Shown here: positions 10,513 to 20,000 of the stretch, piece after piece
How positions within the stretch are numbered: the first letter of the stretch is position 1
How the letters are laid out: each line of letters opens with the position of its first letter
Assembly: GCA_031835245.2 (NCBI GenBank)
Contig: JAVKOQ020000030.1
Span: 300,805 to 320,804, forward strand
Reading direction: 5' to 3'
DNA length: 20,000 nucleotides
From: Balamuthia mandrillaris
Lineage: Eukaryota
Program-made: the position numbers and the translations under genes
Notes under the pieces: generated by a model
Seen by the model: the letters and a program-made list of their open reading frames with translations, nothing else
Told to the model about the DNA's origin: nothing
The model's database searches: none

Positions 10513-13500
10513 ATGGAGGACCCAACGCAAGAGCCTGAAAGCGAGAAACGCACGTTGCGGGCATCTGACCGCAGGGGAACCTATGAGTTCTACGAGAGAA
10601 TGAGAAAAGGGGCGGCAAAGCTGAGAGACAGCAACGATGCCATTGCTGCCCCCGCCTCAACAACACAACCTCCCAAGAAGGAACTGGATCGCATGAAAGC
10701 AACAAAACCAAACGAACAACAACCAACCGCGGCAGAGGAAGACGATCTGTGTGAGCTGGTGACGGAGGGAGCTGAAAAGCTTCTGCTCCTGGTTCACGAT
10801 AAAAAATTCAAGAACAGCGAACCAGAGACCACAGCTGAAGGAGCAGGGGAGGAACAAATGGAGAGACTGCGAAGAACGGTCGCAGAGGAGTCTCGCTACG
10901 ACTTGGCAAACAGAAGGGAAAGCTACCAAAGAAGCCAAACCTTTGGAACTAACATGAACCACTTCCTAAAGGAACAAGCCGTCAACGACCAAGTGCAACA
11001 GAGAGCCGAAACTTTTGGAGAAACAAGCAACGAGGCAAAGGCGAAACGGACGACGGCAAGAAAAGCCAAAAGGATAGAGAGAATGGTGGAGAGAAAAGGC
11101 AAAAGGAACTCCGTCTCGCTTCGGGCAGAACTAAGGAGCCGCAAAGAACAAAGGGCATCCAAAAACTACTCTTCAGCCGAGGTTGATGACTACGAAGAAG
11201 ATGAACTTCTGCAAAAGAAAAGAGCCTATGGCGAAAGGGACAATCCCGAGGAAGGGAAGGAAGAATGCGAGGAAGAGGAGGATCCTCTGTTAAGACCTTC
11301 TTCTATGGAAAAACGCAAAGAACGGAGCGAAAGAGAAAGAGACGAATTGCTTCTTCGTCATCAACTCTCGGAAGCTCTCCTTAGAAAGAAACATCCCCCA
11401 CCTCTCCACCTCTATAACAAAGGAAACCCTTCTTCCCCTCCAGCCTTAAGAGCTGCGGTACGCGAGGCTCAAGCAGAGAAGGCAAAAGTTATCATGACTC
11501 TCAAAGGGAGAAACCTGATGGCTCACAACCACAACCTTCCAGGAACGGGAAGTCTTCGTGGTTCGAGACAGAGTTCGCCGGGGTCCACGTTGAGAAGAGG
11601 AGATGTTTGTTCAGTCTTTGCAAGCCCTCGAAGAGTTTCGCAAGGTGCCCGTCTCACTCACTCACTCCCTCTTTCTATCTCTTTCTCTCTCTCTCTTGCT
11701 TTGTGTCTCCCTTTCTCTCCTGTGTGTACCCAGTTCGCTTCATTATTGGTAACGATCTATTTTTTCAATAGCAAAAGAGATAAAGATAATGAAAGAGATA
11801 CTAGAAACAGAATGCGTGTACTTTCGGCATTTGCAGACCATAATACGGGCGTTTGTAGTTCCACTCTACGAGGCACAACGCCGAAAGCTTAGCGGGGAGA
11901 CTCCTAAGGGAAAGTGGGACGATGAAGCCTTATCTTTGGACATGGTGCATAACATCTTTGGAGGAATTGCCACGTTGATACCCATTCACTCTCGTTTGTT
12001 GGATGCGTTGGAAGAAGTGTTGGATGAGTTGGAAGCTTCTTTATCTGTTGATTCGTTTTCCATATTTTATCCATCTTCTCGCTGTTTGTCAAGTTCTGCC
12101 TCTGATTTGACATCCTCGTCGTGTTCTTCTATACCTTCGTTTTCGTCATCTTCACAGTCTTTGCCCGGAATGATATCTACCTCACTTTCCTCTTCTCCAT
12201 TATCTTATTCTGCTTTTTCCTTGGCGTCTCCGTTTCGTTCTTCTGCTCCTACGCCTTCCGCGAGAACTTCCTCCTCTGAAGTTTTGTCCTTCACCTCTGC
12301 TTCTTCTACTCATTCCCATTCCAATTCGTCATCTTCTTCAACATCTGCGACATCCCACACCGTTGGCTGCCACACTTCGAGTTCTTATTTATGTTCATCT
12401 ACGTTTTCTTCTTCTTCTTCTTCTTCTTCTTCTACTTCTTCTCCTTCTTCTTCCCAACTGTCAAAAACAAACGAAACATCAGGTTCCAATAGAAACAGGA
12501 GTCTTTCTTCTCCTCATCACAACGGTTCATGGCGAAAAGTGGCTACTGCCACGTCCTGCTCGGGCGCATCCTCCTCTTCTCCTTCTCTAATATCATCTTC
12601 GGAAAATAGAAGCCAAACCACACAAGACAGTACAGCAAAACAAAGCGCAGGAACTTGTAGAGCCTCAACAGCGCCAAACGAAGAAGAACGAGGGCAAGAA
12701 GACAGAGAAGAAGGGGTAGGAAGATCAACCACGACCTCAACTGCTCCACCTCCAAGAGTGGATTCCCTCCCAAGCTTTCCTCTCTCGCCTGAGTTTCTTC
12801 TTACGTTGGAAATGAGACGAGAGAAGCGTTTAGAAGAAGGGGGACGAACTCCTCCTTCTACTCGCAGGCACTTCATTTCAACATCGGAAAGCAACATTCA
12901 CATAACCGCAAGGACAAGAATGGAGGCATTAGTGAAGATTGGGCAATTGTTTCACGGTGCATCCACCATTATGAGACAAGTATATGGAGAGTATAACTTC
13001 ACCTTCTCTTTGGCATGTTTCCGGCACTGCATGGGTGCCTTTCCTTCTTTTGCCTATTTCTACAGTCAACGTCTCTTGGATAAGGAGGCTGCAGTGGAAT
13101 ATACTGACTTCTCGGCTTATCTGATAATGCCCGTTCAGCGGTTACCACGCTATGTACTTTTCTTTAAGGTTTTTGTTTTACTTTGCTCTTCTGTGTTGAA
13201 TAATGCTGACTAAAGTGTTACCTAATTTGAAGGAACTGATGAGAGTGGCAGAGTCAAGCCGACCAGAGTGGGAGTGCGACCTGGAGGACGTTCCTCTCTC
13301 CCAAAGAACCTTTCAAATCATTTCCGATGCACACAACGCACTGTCTGAGACAGCTGACTTCGTGGACGTCACAATTCAGCAACAGAAAGACGGGTTGAAC
13401 GCCCTTGGGCAGATACAAGGAAGCAAGGTCTCTTATTTTACTGCTTGTTCTCCTGTTTCTTCTTTGTCCTTCTATCCTGAGAGTTCCTTTCACAAAACAG

Positions 13501-14028
13501 GGTTTAGTCTGTAGGTCTCGCAAGTTGCTCCTTGATCTTCAAGCCTTCAAGACGCACAACCGCAAGAAGAACAGTCGCGTCCGTCTTTTCCTCTTCAATG
13601 ATCTGCTGGTCATTGCCACCAAAACCGGAAAAGACTCCCAATTCTCAAAAAAGAAGAAGGAAATGATGGCAGTAGACAAAGAAAGCGGAAGCGCCAAGTT
13701 TCGCGGCACTTCCATATCCATGGTGAAGATTGCTTATCTCCTCAGCGACAAAGGAAGTGACGGACGAAGTCAGAGGCCATACTGCATGGAGGCGGCGGTA
13801 TTATTGGATGAGCTGGAAGTGGAATTGAGCAAAGATACGAAGGATGTGGTGAAAGGACAAGTGCCGATGACGATCCGGAGAAAAGAGAGACATGGCCCAA
13901 GCAATGACGGAAGAGAGCCGCGGGTGGGCATCACGAGTTGGAAGGTGTACGTAGGGAAAGAGGAGGTAGAGAGTTGGAATCGGGCGTGGAAGGAAGCCAC
14001 AACCGGAAAAGCAGGTGGAGGAACATAA
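10513..14028 (+). CDS. Dbl-family RhoGEF (DH-PH) with charged low-complexity N-terminus (~1083 aa)
   Basis: Exons 10513-11644, 11772-13168, 13233-13427, 13501-14028 (3252 nt). DH motifs IMKEILETECVYFRHL, VHNIFGGIATLIPIHSRLL and YLIMPVQRLPRYVLFFKELM. PH motif RVRLFLFNDLLVIA and terminal helix EVESWNRAWKEA. Confidence 0.92.
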
Positions 14029-14081
14029 AAACGTATTTCTTTCATACCTGAGAATGAAAAGTGGAGTTCAATGAAAACCAG

Positions 14082-15738
14082 TTAAGCTTTGGTAAGATGA
14101 ATATCCAGCACAGTAGCTTCCTTTCCAGCTTCTACTTTGAAATCGCGGACCTCGCCGTGATATCCATCTGCTGACACTCTTACTCTATATTCTCCAGGAG
14201 CAAGGAACCTATAGTAGTCTCCGTGTTCCTCATCCGTCTCAACTGGTTGAAGCTGGTCAATCCGAAGCACGGCCTTCAAACCTTTTCCAGAGGCCTTGTC
14301 CTTCACGTGTCCTTTTACACCGAAAAAGCTCTGCTCCATAAGCACTAACATGCTTTCCTTGTTGTGGTCCCAGTGGGTCTGCAACTCCGAGCCGTGAGGG
14401 CACTTTTCCACCGTCAGCTCAATAGTAAGTTCCAACGCGCCACGGTGGAGGTAATGCCAGTCTCCCATGCTGCCGTACAGCGGATACCATTCAGCTCCGT
14501 TACTGATACCATTGGCAAAGCGGCGGTGGTTGCGCATGACAGGGTTTTGGGAGGCGTAGCTCAAAGCCAAAGCTCTGTAGTGACGGTCATCTGGCGAAGC
14601 GTTGTTCTTTCGTGAATAATACCAGGTCTCTCCGGAGGGCAGGCCATCAAAGGGAAACACCACCACCGTCTCGCCTCCATGGAAGTTGGCGATGATGTTG
14701 GGGTGGTGGAGGTTGCTCCAGGCCATGATGGCTTTGGTCTCCTCCTCCTGCGCGTAACGGCCCAGCTTATATTGGTCAGGGAAGTCTCTGCCACGAGATT
14801 ATCAGTAGGGCCGTTAATGCAAAAATAAAGAGGAGTGTAATACCTGTTCAAGTCGACATTTGGCGAATGAGTCCCTCGCCAGCCGTTGTTATAGCCCTCC
14901 GGGTTCATGGTGGGGATGATTGTGATATGAATGTTGTCCAACAAGCGAGTGATGCGGGGGTTTGAGCCGTATTGAGACGTCAGCGTGGTGATCAGATGGA
15001 TCAGCAGCTGTCTGCCCATGATTTCGTCTCCGTGCATATTACCTATGTACACAAACTCTGACTCGTTGTCCTCGTTCTTAGCTATAACGCATGAAACAGA
15101 GGGTCAGCAAAAAAATGTTTTGAGCGCAAGAGAAAGAAGATGAAGGAAAGGGTAATCTGAGAAGGTGGATGGAAAGGAAGTTAACTGGGGTTATCGGAAA
15201 GGGTGAGAGCCCAAATGTCGTGTCTGTTCTTTGTTTTGCCGATGCTCTGTAGCGACGCAATATTGGGGTAGTGTTCTACCACATCGTTTAAAAATGCCTC
15301 TAGCTGCGCCTCTGTGTGATACGCTCTGTCTGGGGTACATCGCCCAGCTGCTCTTTGTGCCAATTCGCCAACGCCACGAGAGTAAAGACTGCTTCTTGCC
15401 ATTAGTTCTTCAGCTTCGCTTTCTGCTATTCTGTCTGTATAATTCCATTCATAGCCTGCATTATCCAGGTTGGAGACGAGGTCTCGGGTTATCAACGCTT
15501 CAATGAAGTCCGCTGGATAGACCACCTCTTCCACCGCCATCTGGCTTCTGGGGGCCTTGGACTCCAGAAAGTGCACCACACCGAGCGCGCGGAGAGTTTC
15601 AAGATGGGCGTCTTTTGACAGATCCGAGGAGCGAATATCGATTCGGATGGTGGCCCACTGTTCCTCCAGAGCTGGCCGCGCTTGAATACACACCACCACC
15701 GACAACAGAAGAAGAATAAAGGAGGCGTTGAGCTTCAT
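14082..15738 (-). CDS. Secreted M14 metallocarboxypeptidase, N/E (carboxypeptidase D/E-like) subfamily (~498 aa)
   Basis: Exons 15738-15186, 15081-14844, 14787-14082 (1497 nt). Signal peptide MKLNASFILLLLSVVVCIQA. Zinc ligands GNMHGDE and NFHGG, then MNPEG, DLNRDFP (across a splice junction), GISNGAEWYPLYGSMGDW and the catalytic LELTIEL. C-terminal transthyretin-like domain GVKGHV...GDYYRFLAPGEYRVRVSADGY. Confidence 0.94.
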
Positions 15739-15990
15739 GGTCAGTTTGGGTCTCCACCAACAAAAAATTTGTTTTGCCTTTCTTCCCGAAGAGGTGCACA
15801 TCATTCCCTTTTTCAGGGTGCGAACTTCACCCAACCCCAAATCCGTCTACAGTGTAAAGTGTCTTCACCGTGGACACGTCCAGTCTGTATTCGTCCTCCT
15901 CCTTTGGTATGCGCTGACAGCATGCAAACAATTCAAAGAATTTGACAGTCATATCACGTCGTCATGAATGTCTACAGAAAATCAAAGAAA

Positions 15991-16145
15991 ATGAACGCAA
16001 CAAGAAAGCGGCTCACGTTGGCTCTCATCAAGCCGGATGTCCTCCTGGCGAGCTTTCCCAAGCAATCCCTGCCCTCTGTCCAACAGTCGGTGGCCTCCGC
16101 ATTTGCAAACAACCGCACCCACAACTCTGCCACGCCGACACGCAA
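15991..16145 (+). pseudogene. 5' fragment of a nucleoside-diphosphate-kinase (NDK/NME)-like gene, apparently interrupted by the MULE insertion
   Basis: MNATRKRLTLALIKPDV carries the NDK N-terminal signature (TLALIKPD). The frame runs straight into the transposon TIR about 50 codons later with no further NDK motifs. An upstream in-frame ATG exists at 15964. The rest of the gene is not in the window. Confidence 0.6.
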
Positions 16146-16285
16146 AAATGGTAGATATCCCACCCCACGACCATAAACTTCCCACCCCACCGATAAAAAT
16201 TCCACCCCTCAGGTAAAAGTCCCAACCTATTAGGGTGACATGAATTATGAGTAACTCTATCGTTACATTGCTACTGTGTTTCTCT
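16146..16285 (+). repeat. Left terminal inverted repeat of the MULE (visible part, 140 bp)
   Basis: Matches the reverse complement of 19861-20000. The only differences are homopolymer-length changes. Similarity stops sharply at the inner boundary 16285/19861. Confidence 0.95.
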
Positions 16286-16374
16286 GAATCGGGTAAACGT
16301 CCCACCCCACAACGCTAAAAGTCCCACCCCTTCGGTAAACGTCCCACCCCTCAGGTAATTTACCCACCCTAATC
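16150..16374 (+). repeat. Array of eight TCCCACCCC-like motifs in two four-copy blocks (probable transposase-binding sites)
   Basis: Motif starts at 16158, 16180, 16200, 16220 and at 16300, 16322, 16342, 16362. Both blocks have 22-20-20 spacing and are offset by 142 bp. Most copies are preceded by GGTAAA-like sequence. The function is inferred. Confidence 0.85.
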
Positions 16375-16493
16375 TGTATTTATAACAACCTATTATTTTT
16401 GTGCTATTTTGCCACCAAAGCGTGCGCTGGCCATTATTTTAGAGAGTGGAGAAAAGGGATCAGAAAAATCAAAATTTATCAAAAATTTATTTT

Positions 16494-19400
16494 TTAGGGG
16501 GCTTTTTTTTTTCGTTTTGTTCTTTTGGCCAGTCTTTTCTTTGTCACGCTGGGCACCTTTTCTTCGTTCTGTGCTTTTTTTTGAGGAGAGAGGAGCTTCA
16601 CGACCTGTGTTTTCTGGTACCGTGGGTTGGGCTTCAGTTGTCGTTTTGGAGAGAGAGGCTTCCTTTTGTCCACTCGGGGATCCTGGTAGTTCACCACGGG
16701 TGCGACGCCATAGATCTCTTCCGTTTTACAGTTCTTTTGCCATTGAGAGGTACGCTTTGCTTTGCACTCTTCAAAAATGACAAAAATCAACTTCAGAAAA
16801 TGAATCTGCTTGATACAAAAAGTGACAAACATACCACTTTGCGTTTTTGTTTTTTGATTTTGTTGTTTTTTTGGTGCAGCCGCCGCCACCGCCGCTGCCT
16901 TTTTCTTTGTTGTTTCAGGTTTTGTAAAATTTGATTGAAAGGTACGTTCGGTTTCTGGTGTTTGTGTGAGGTGTTAGCTAAAAGTAGGAAAGGAGGGAGA
17001 GATTTTGTTTAAAAAAAAGAGATACTAACTTAATTCAAGCAAACATTCTTCTGTGAGTCGCAGGTTGGTTGCTACTTTCGGCCTCTTTGTTGTATTGCGC
17101 GGCCTCCCAGGTGATGACTTCCCTGTAGCATATTCGATTGCTTGTTCTGCTTCTTCCTTGCTAGAGTACTCGATTTTTGGCTCCACTGGATGTTGATGCT
17201 TTGTTCCTTGATTTTTGTTTGTCCAGTTTGTCTTTCTCCTTTTCCTTCTCCTCCTCCTCCTCCTCCTCCTCCTCCTTTTCCTCCTCCTCCTTGTTGTGTT
17301 GTTCTCCTTCAGAAGTTTCTTCCTCGAGATCTCTGCCATCATCCTCACCAAGTTCATCCATCGATGGCTCCTCCAACAGTAGCAGGGTCGGCCTTTCCTC
17401 TTCCTGTTCATGGCCCTCCTCTCCTTCCTCATCTTCATCATCAAGGGTAACAGGCGCTACACGTTGCTCCAGCAAGTCAGCATCATCTGCTTCAACAATC
17501 TCGTCTTCAACCATTCTTGCCACTTTTGAGGTGCTGCTGTTGGTGCGTCTTGTTTGTCTTTTCAGTCCAAGCTCTAAAAGGTTCTGATCTGAAAATGTTT
17601 TCTGTAGATGAGCAGCAAGTCCAAAAACATGTTTGCACCTCCTACCATAATACCGAAAGTAAGGACAGGTGCATGAAGGCGATTCTATACTCACATCGTA
17701 CTCGTTCCATTTGAAAACGCCGTCAGCAAGCTCCACAAAATGTGCGTTCAATCCTTCTCCTTCTGCCTCTTTTTCCTCTCTGTCATTGTTGTCATCATCG
17801 CTATTGCTGTCTTTCTCTGTTTCTGCTTTTTTTTTTTTTCTGTTTCTCACTCTGTTGGTGCTGTGCCAGCCGCAATCCCTCTTGATATCTCCTCCACAGC
17901 CGGCGAACACCACGGCTTGGGCGTTGCTGTTGCACGTTGATGCGGTTGAGCTCTACATTGTAGCGCCGAAACACATTGTCTGCTAACGTTAAGACCAAGT
18001 TGTGGTCCCCTTTGGTGCCCTTGCAGTGGAAATCACGGAGAACACTCCGAAAGATAGTCTCTGTTGCATTGTTGGTATTCCACAAGCCCTCTCGGTGCCC
18101 CGGACGACCAATGCTTTTCCACGTTGATGCCCATGGAGGAGAAAGCCAGTTCTTGTCAAAGTACTTCCAGAAACGGGTAATCCTCTTTTTTTGGCAATAG
18201 TTCTGCAACACCTTGGTTGCTTCTTCCTCTGCTTCTTCTGTCATGGCGTGTTGCAGTCTTTTTAATAAACCCAACACACTTCCATCATCCTTCCCTTGTT
18301 GTTTGGTATTATTGTTAGTTTCTACTTGTATGAACAATGAGAGCAAGAGAGCAGATGCATGCATGAAAGAGAGAACAAACCATACTGTGCAACTTTTTTT
18401 CTCCACAGTTGTTGCGTATGAAAGTCGCACAACAACACCTGAAAGCCAGCGCTTGTCGCCCCGTTGCGCTCCACCTTGTCTTTGTCGATCATTACAAAGG
18501 GTTGCCACGTAGTGTTCTGGGAGTAGATCGTTGTGGTCTGTGTCCCAAAAAAGTGACGAACGGACGAAAGAAAAAAGCGCACAACTGCAGCTCGTTCCTT
18601 GCTAGCAACAGCGAAGGCAACAGGCCAGCTCCGTCCCAAGTCATCTTGCACCACCAGTGCCCAAACAGGATGATGTGACTTGGATAGCTTGTAGATGCTG
18701 TCCAGGCCGACTACATCCTTACCCCATCGCTGAAGCACAGTGACTGCATAAGGCGCGATCAGAAAAATCATCCATGGCCGATGGGCTGCAGTGCGATCAA
18801 GGATGTACGTTTCACGGCTCTCCAAAGGTGGAAAAAGGATAGTGGAAGCCAGCTCGGGTCGATTCAAGGCCTCTTGGAGGGCTTCTGCTCTGGTTTGGCC
18901 TTTCTTGCCGATTCGCAGTTTTTTCCTTCCGTTGTGGATTACGGTGGCAATCTCCTGCACAGTTGGTACATCACGAGCATCCTTGACCAGCTCGCAAGCG
19001 CCCCCCAGCAACAGTTGTTGCAGCTCATGCGCCGTCATTGCTCCTCCCCTCCCTTTCATCCCGTCTTCTTTTGCTCCTTGCCCATCCATCTGGCGGAGCC
19101 ACTGTCGAAGCGCAGGCGTCATAGGCATTGCAGAAGGCGCACAAAACCCAGGTCCGTGGCTTTGGGCTTCCTTCTGGATGTAGATGTAGGCAGTGTTTAG
19201 CTCGTCTCTAAACACCACCCAACGGCTTTGCACTCCACAGTCCTTTATTTTTTTGTTTTTCTTTCTGCTTGGAGGAGCACAGGCAAAGCCGCCAGAGCAG
19301 TGAAGATTCTCGCTGAGTGCAACCTCAAGGACTCCATTCTTCGCCTTCTTGACTGTTGGTGCCACCTACACTTTCACTCCTTCAAGGGTGGTGCGAGGAT

Positions 19401-19578
19401 TACTAAGCACCTTCACTCCTGTTCGCTTTGTAAGCCCACGAGTTGATCTCCATTGGACTCGATAGAAGGTCGGAGCATCCTCTCCTCCATTGTACAACCT
19501 TGAAAGCTGCTGCAATGGAACTGTTCTTTCAAAAATCCAACCGTAAATCTCTGCAAATCTTTTTTTCTTCTCTTCCAT
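16494..19578 (-). pseudogene. MULE transposase (reconstructed ~950 aa: Cys/His DNA-binding region, DDE core, SWIM zinc finger, acidic tract, AT-hook, basic tail), disrupted as sequenced
   Basis: ATG at 19578. Motifs VVGLDSIYK (D1), PVAFAV, VMIDKD (D2), LCDFH (CxxH), YFDKNW, NTNNATE (E), SWIM CTCPYFRYYGRRCKH and AT-hook PGRPR. Introns 18380-18295, 17029-16955 and probably 16834-16769. Lesions: in-frame TAG at 19368-19366, one extra A in the A13 run at 17839-17827, and a second +1 shift near 17175-17215. Confidence 0.88.
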
Positions 19579-19860
19579 AATGAAAAAAAAAAAAGGAAAA
19601 AACAAAAACAAAAGCCAAACAAACAAAATAGGTGTGTGATGGTCGTGTTGTGTCACTGTTTCTGGTTAAAAGAAAAAAGAAAGAGAAGACCTTGTCACAC
19701 AACGCAAGAAAAAATAACGGTAACTTTAAAAAAAAAAGGCGGGAACAAAAAGAAAAGTATGTTGGGCAAGAATGGTGGGAAAAATAACGGTTGACCAAGG
19801 ATACGGCGTGCTTTCAATTCCTGACAGTTTCTTCCTATGATTATTCCTCTCGCCAAGCAA

Positions 19861-20000
19861 AGAGAAACACAGTAGCAATGTAACGATAGAGTTACTCATA
19901 ATTCATGTCACCCTAATAGGTTGGGACTTTTACCTGAGGGTGGAATTTTTATCGGTGGGGTGGAAGTTTTTATGGTCGTGGGGTGGGATATCTACCATTT
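19861..20000 (-). repeat. Right terminal inverted repeat of the MULE (truncated by window end)
   Basis: Its reverse complement reads aaatggtagatatcccacccc...gctactgtgtttctct, matching 16146-16285. Confidence 0.95.

Larger units (their letters stand above)
16146..20000 (-). mobile_element. Mutator-like (MULE) DNA transposon, >=3.85 kb, termini extend at least to these coordinates
   Basis: 16146-16285 is the near-exact reverse complement of 19861-20000, and these enclose a MULE DDE/SWIM transposase gene. The outer ends and TSD cannot be determined because the right TIR is cut by the window edge. Confidence 0.93.

Noticed and set aside
16100..16145. Exact left terminus and target-site duplication of the MULE
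   Set aside because: The matching right terminus lies beyond the window, so any boundary call would be a guess.
16231..16259. Imperfect palindrome TAGGGTGAC...GTAACTCTA inside the TIR
   Set aside because: Only 7 of 9 positions pair, which is within chance expectation.
16150..16374. CRISPR-like or telomere-like appearance of the regularly spaced CCCACCCC motifs
   Set aside because: Repeats are about 9 bp with 11-13 bp related spacers, there are no cas genes, the context is eukaryotic, and they are part of a transposon end.
16494..16889. Independent second (cargo or mudrB-like) gene inside the transposon
   Set aside because: The ORF starts at a GTG and splices in phase to the transposase, so it is better explained as its terminal exons.
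19366..19368. Genome-wide TAG reassignment (none of the six complete gene models ends in TAG and the transposase has an in-frame TAG)
   Set aside because: About 3600 codons of the five intact host genes contain no in-frame TAG, and six stop codons are too few to infer anything.

Overview
Gene-dense, intron-rich eukaryotic genomic DNA. The short introns, simple-repeat tracts and ComC-type surface protein suggest an amoebozoan protist such as Balamuthia, which is an inference. Five complete spliced genes were reconstructed by hand, with phase-consistent GT-AG introns: a signal-peptide/ComC-supersandwich-like type I membrane protein (-), an ankyrin-repeat + SAM protein (+), an Afi1/MesA (DENN-like) polarity protein with an apparent WH1/EVH1-like insert (-), a DH-PH RhoGEF with a Ser-rich insert in its DH domain (+), and a secreted M14 N/E-type carboxypeptidase (-). 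The last ~3.9 kb is a Mutator-like (MULE) DNA transposon with >=140-bp terminal inverted repeats and a regularly spaced TCCCACCCC motif array. It carries an intron-containing ~950-aa DDE-SWIM-AT-hook transposase with one in-frame TAG and two single-base frameshifts, and appears to interrupt a nucleoside-diphosphate-kinase-like gene. The right end of the element runs past the window, so the exact termini and target-site duplication cannot be seen.
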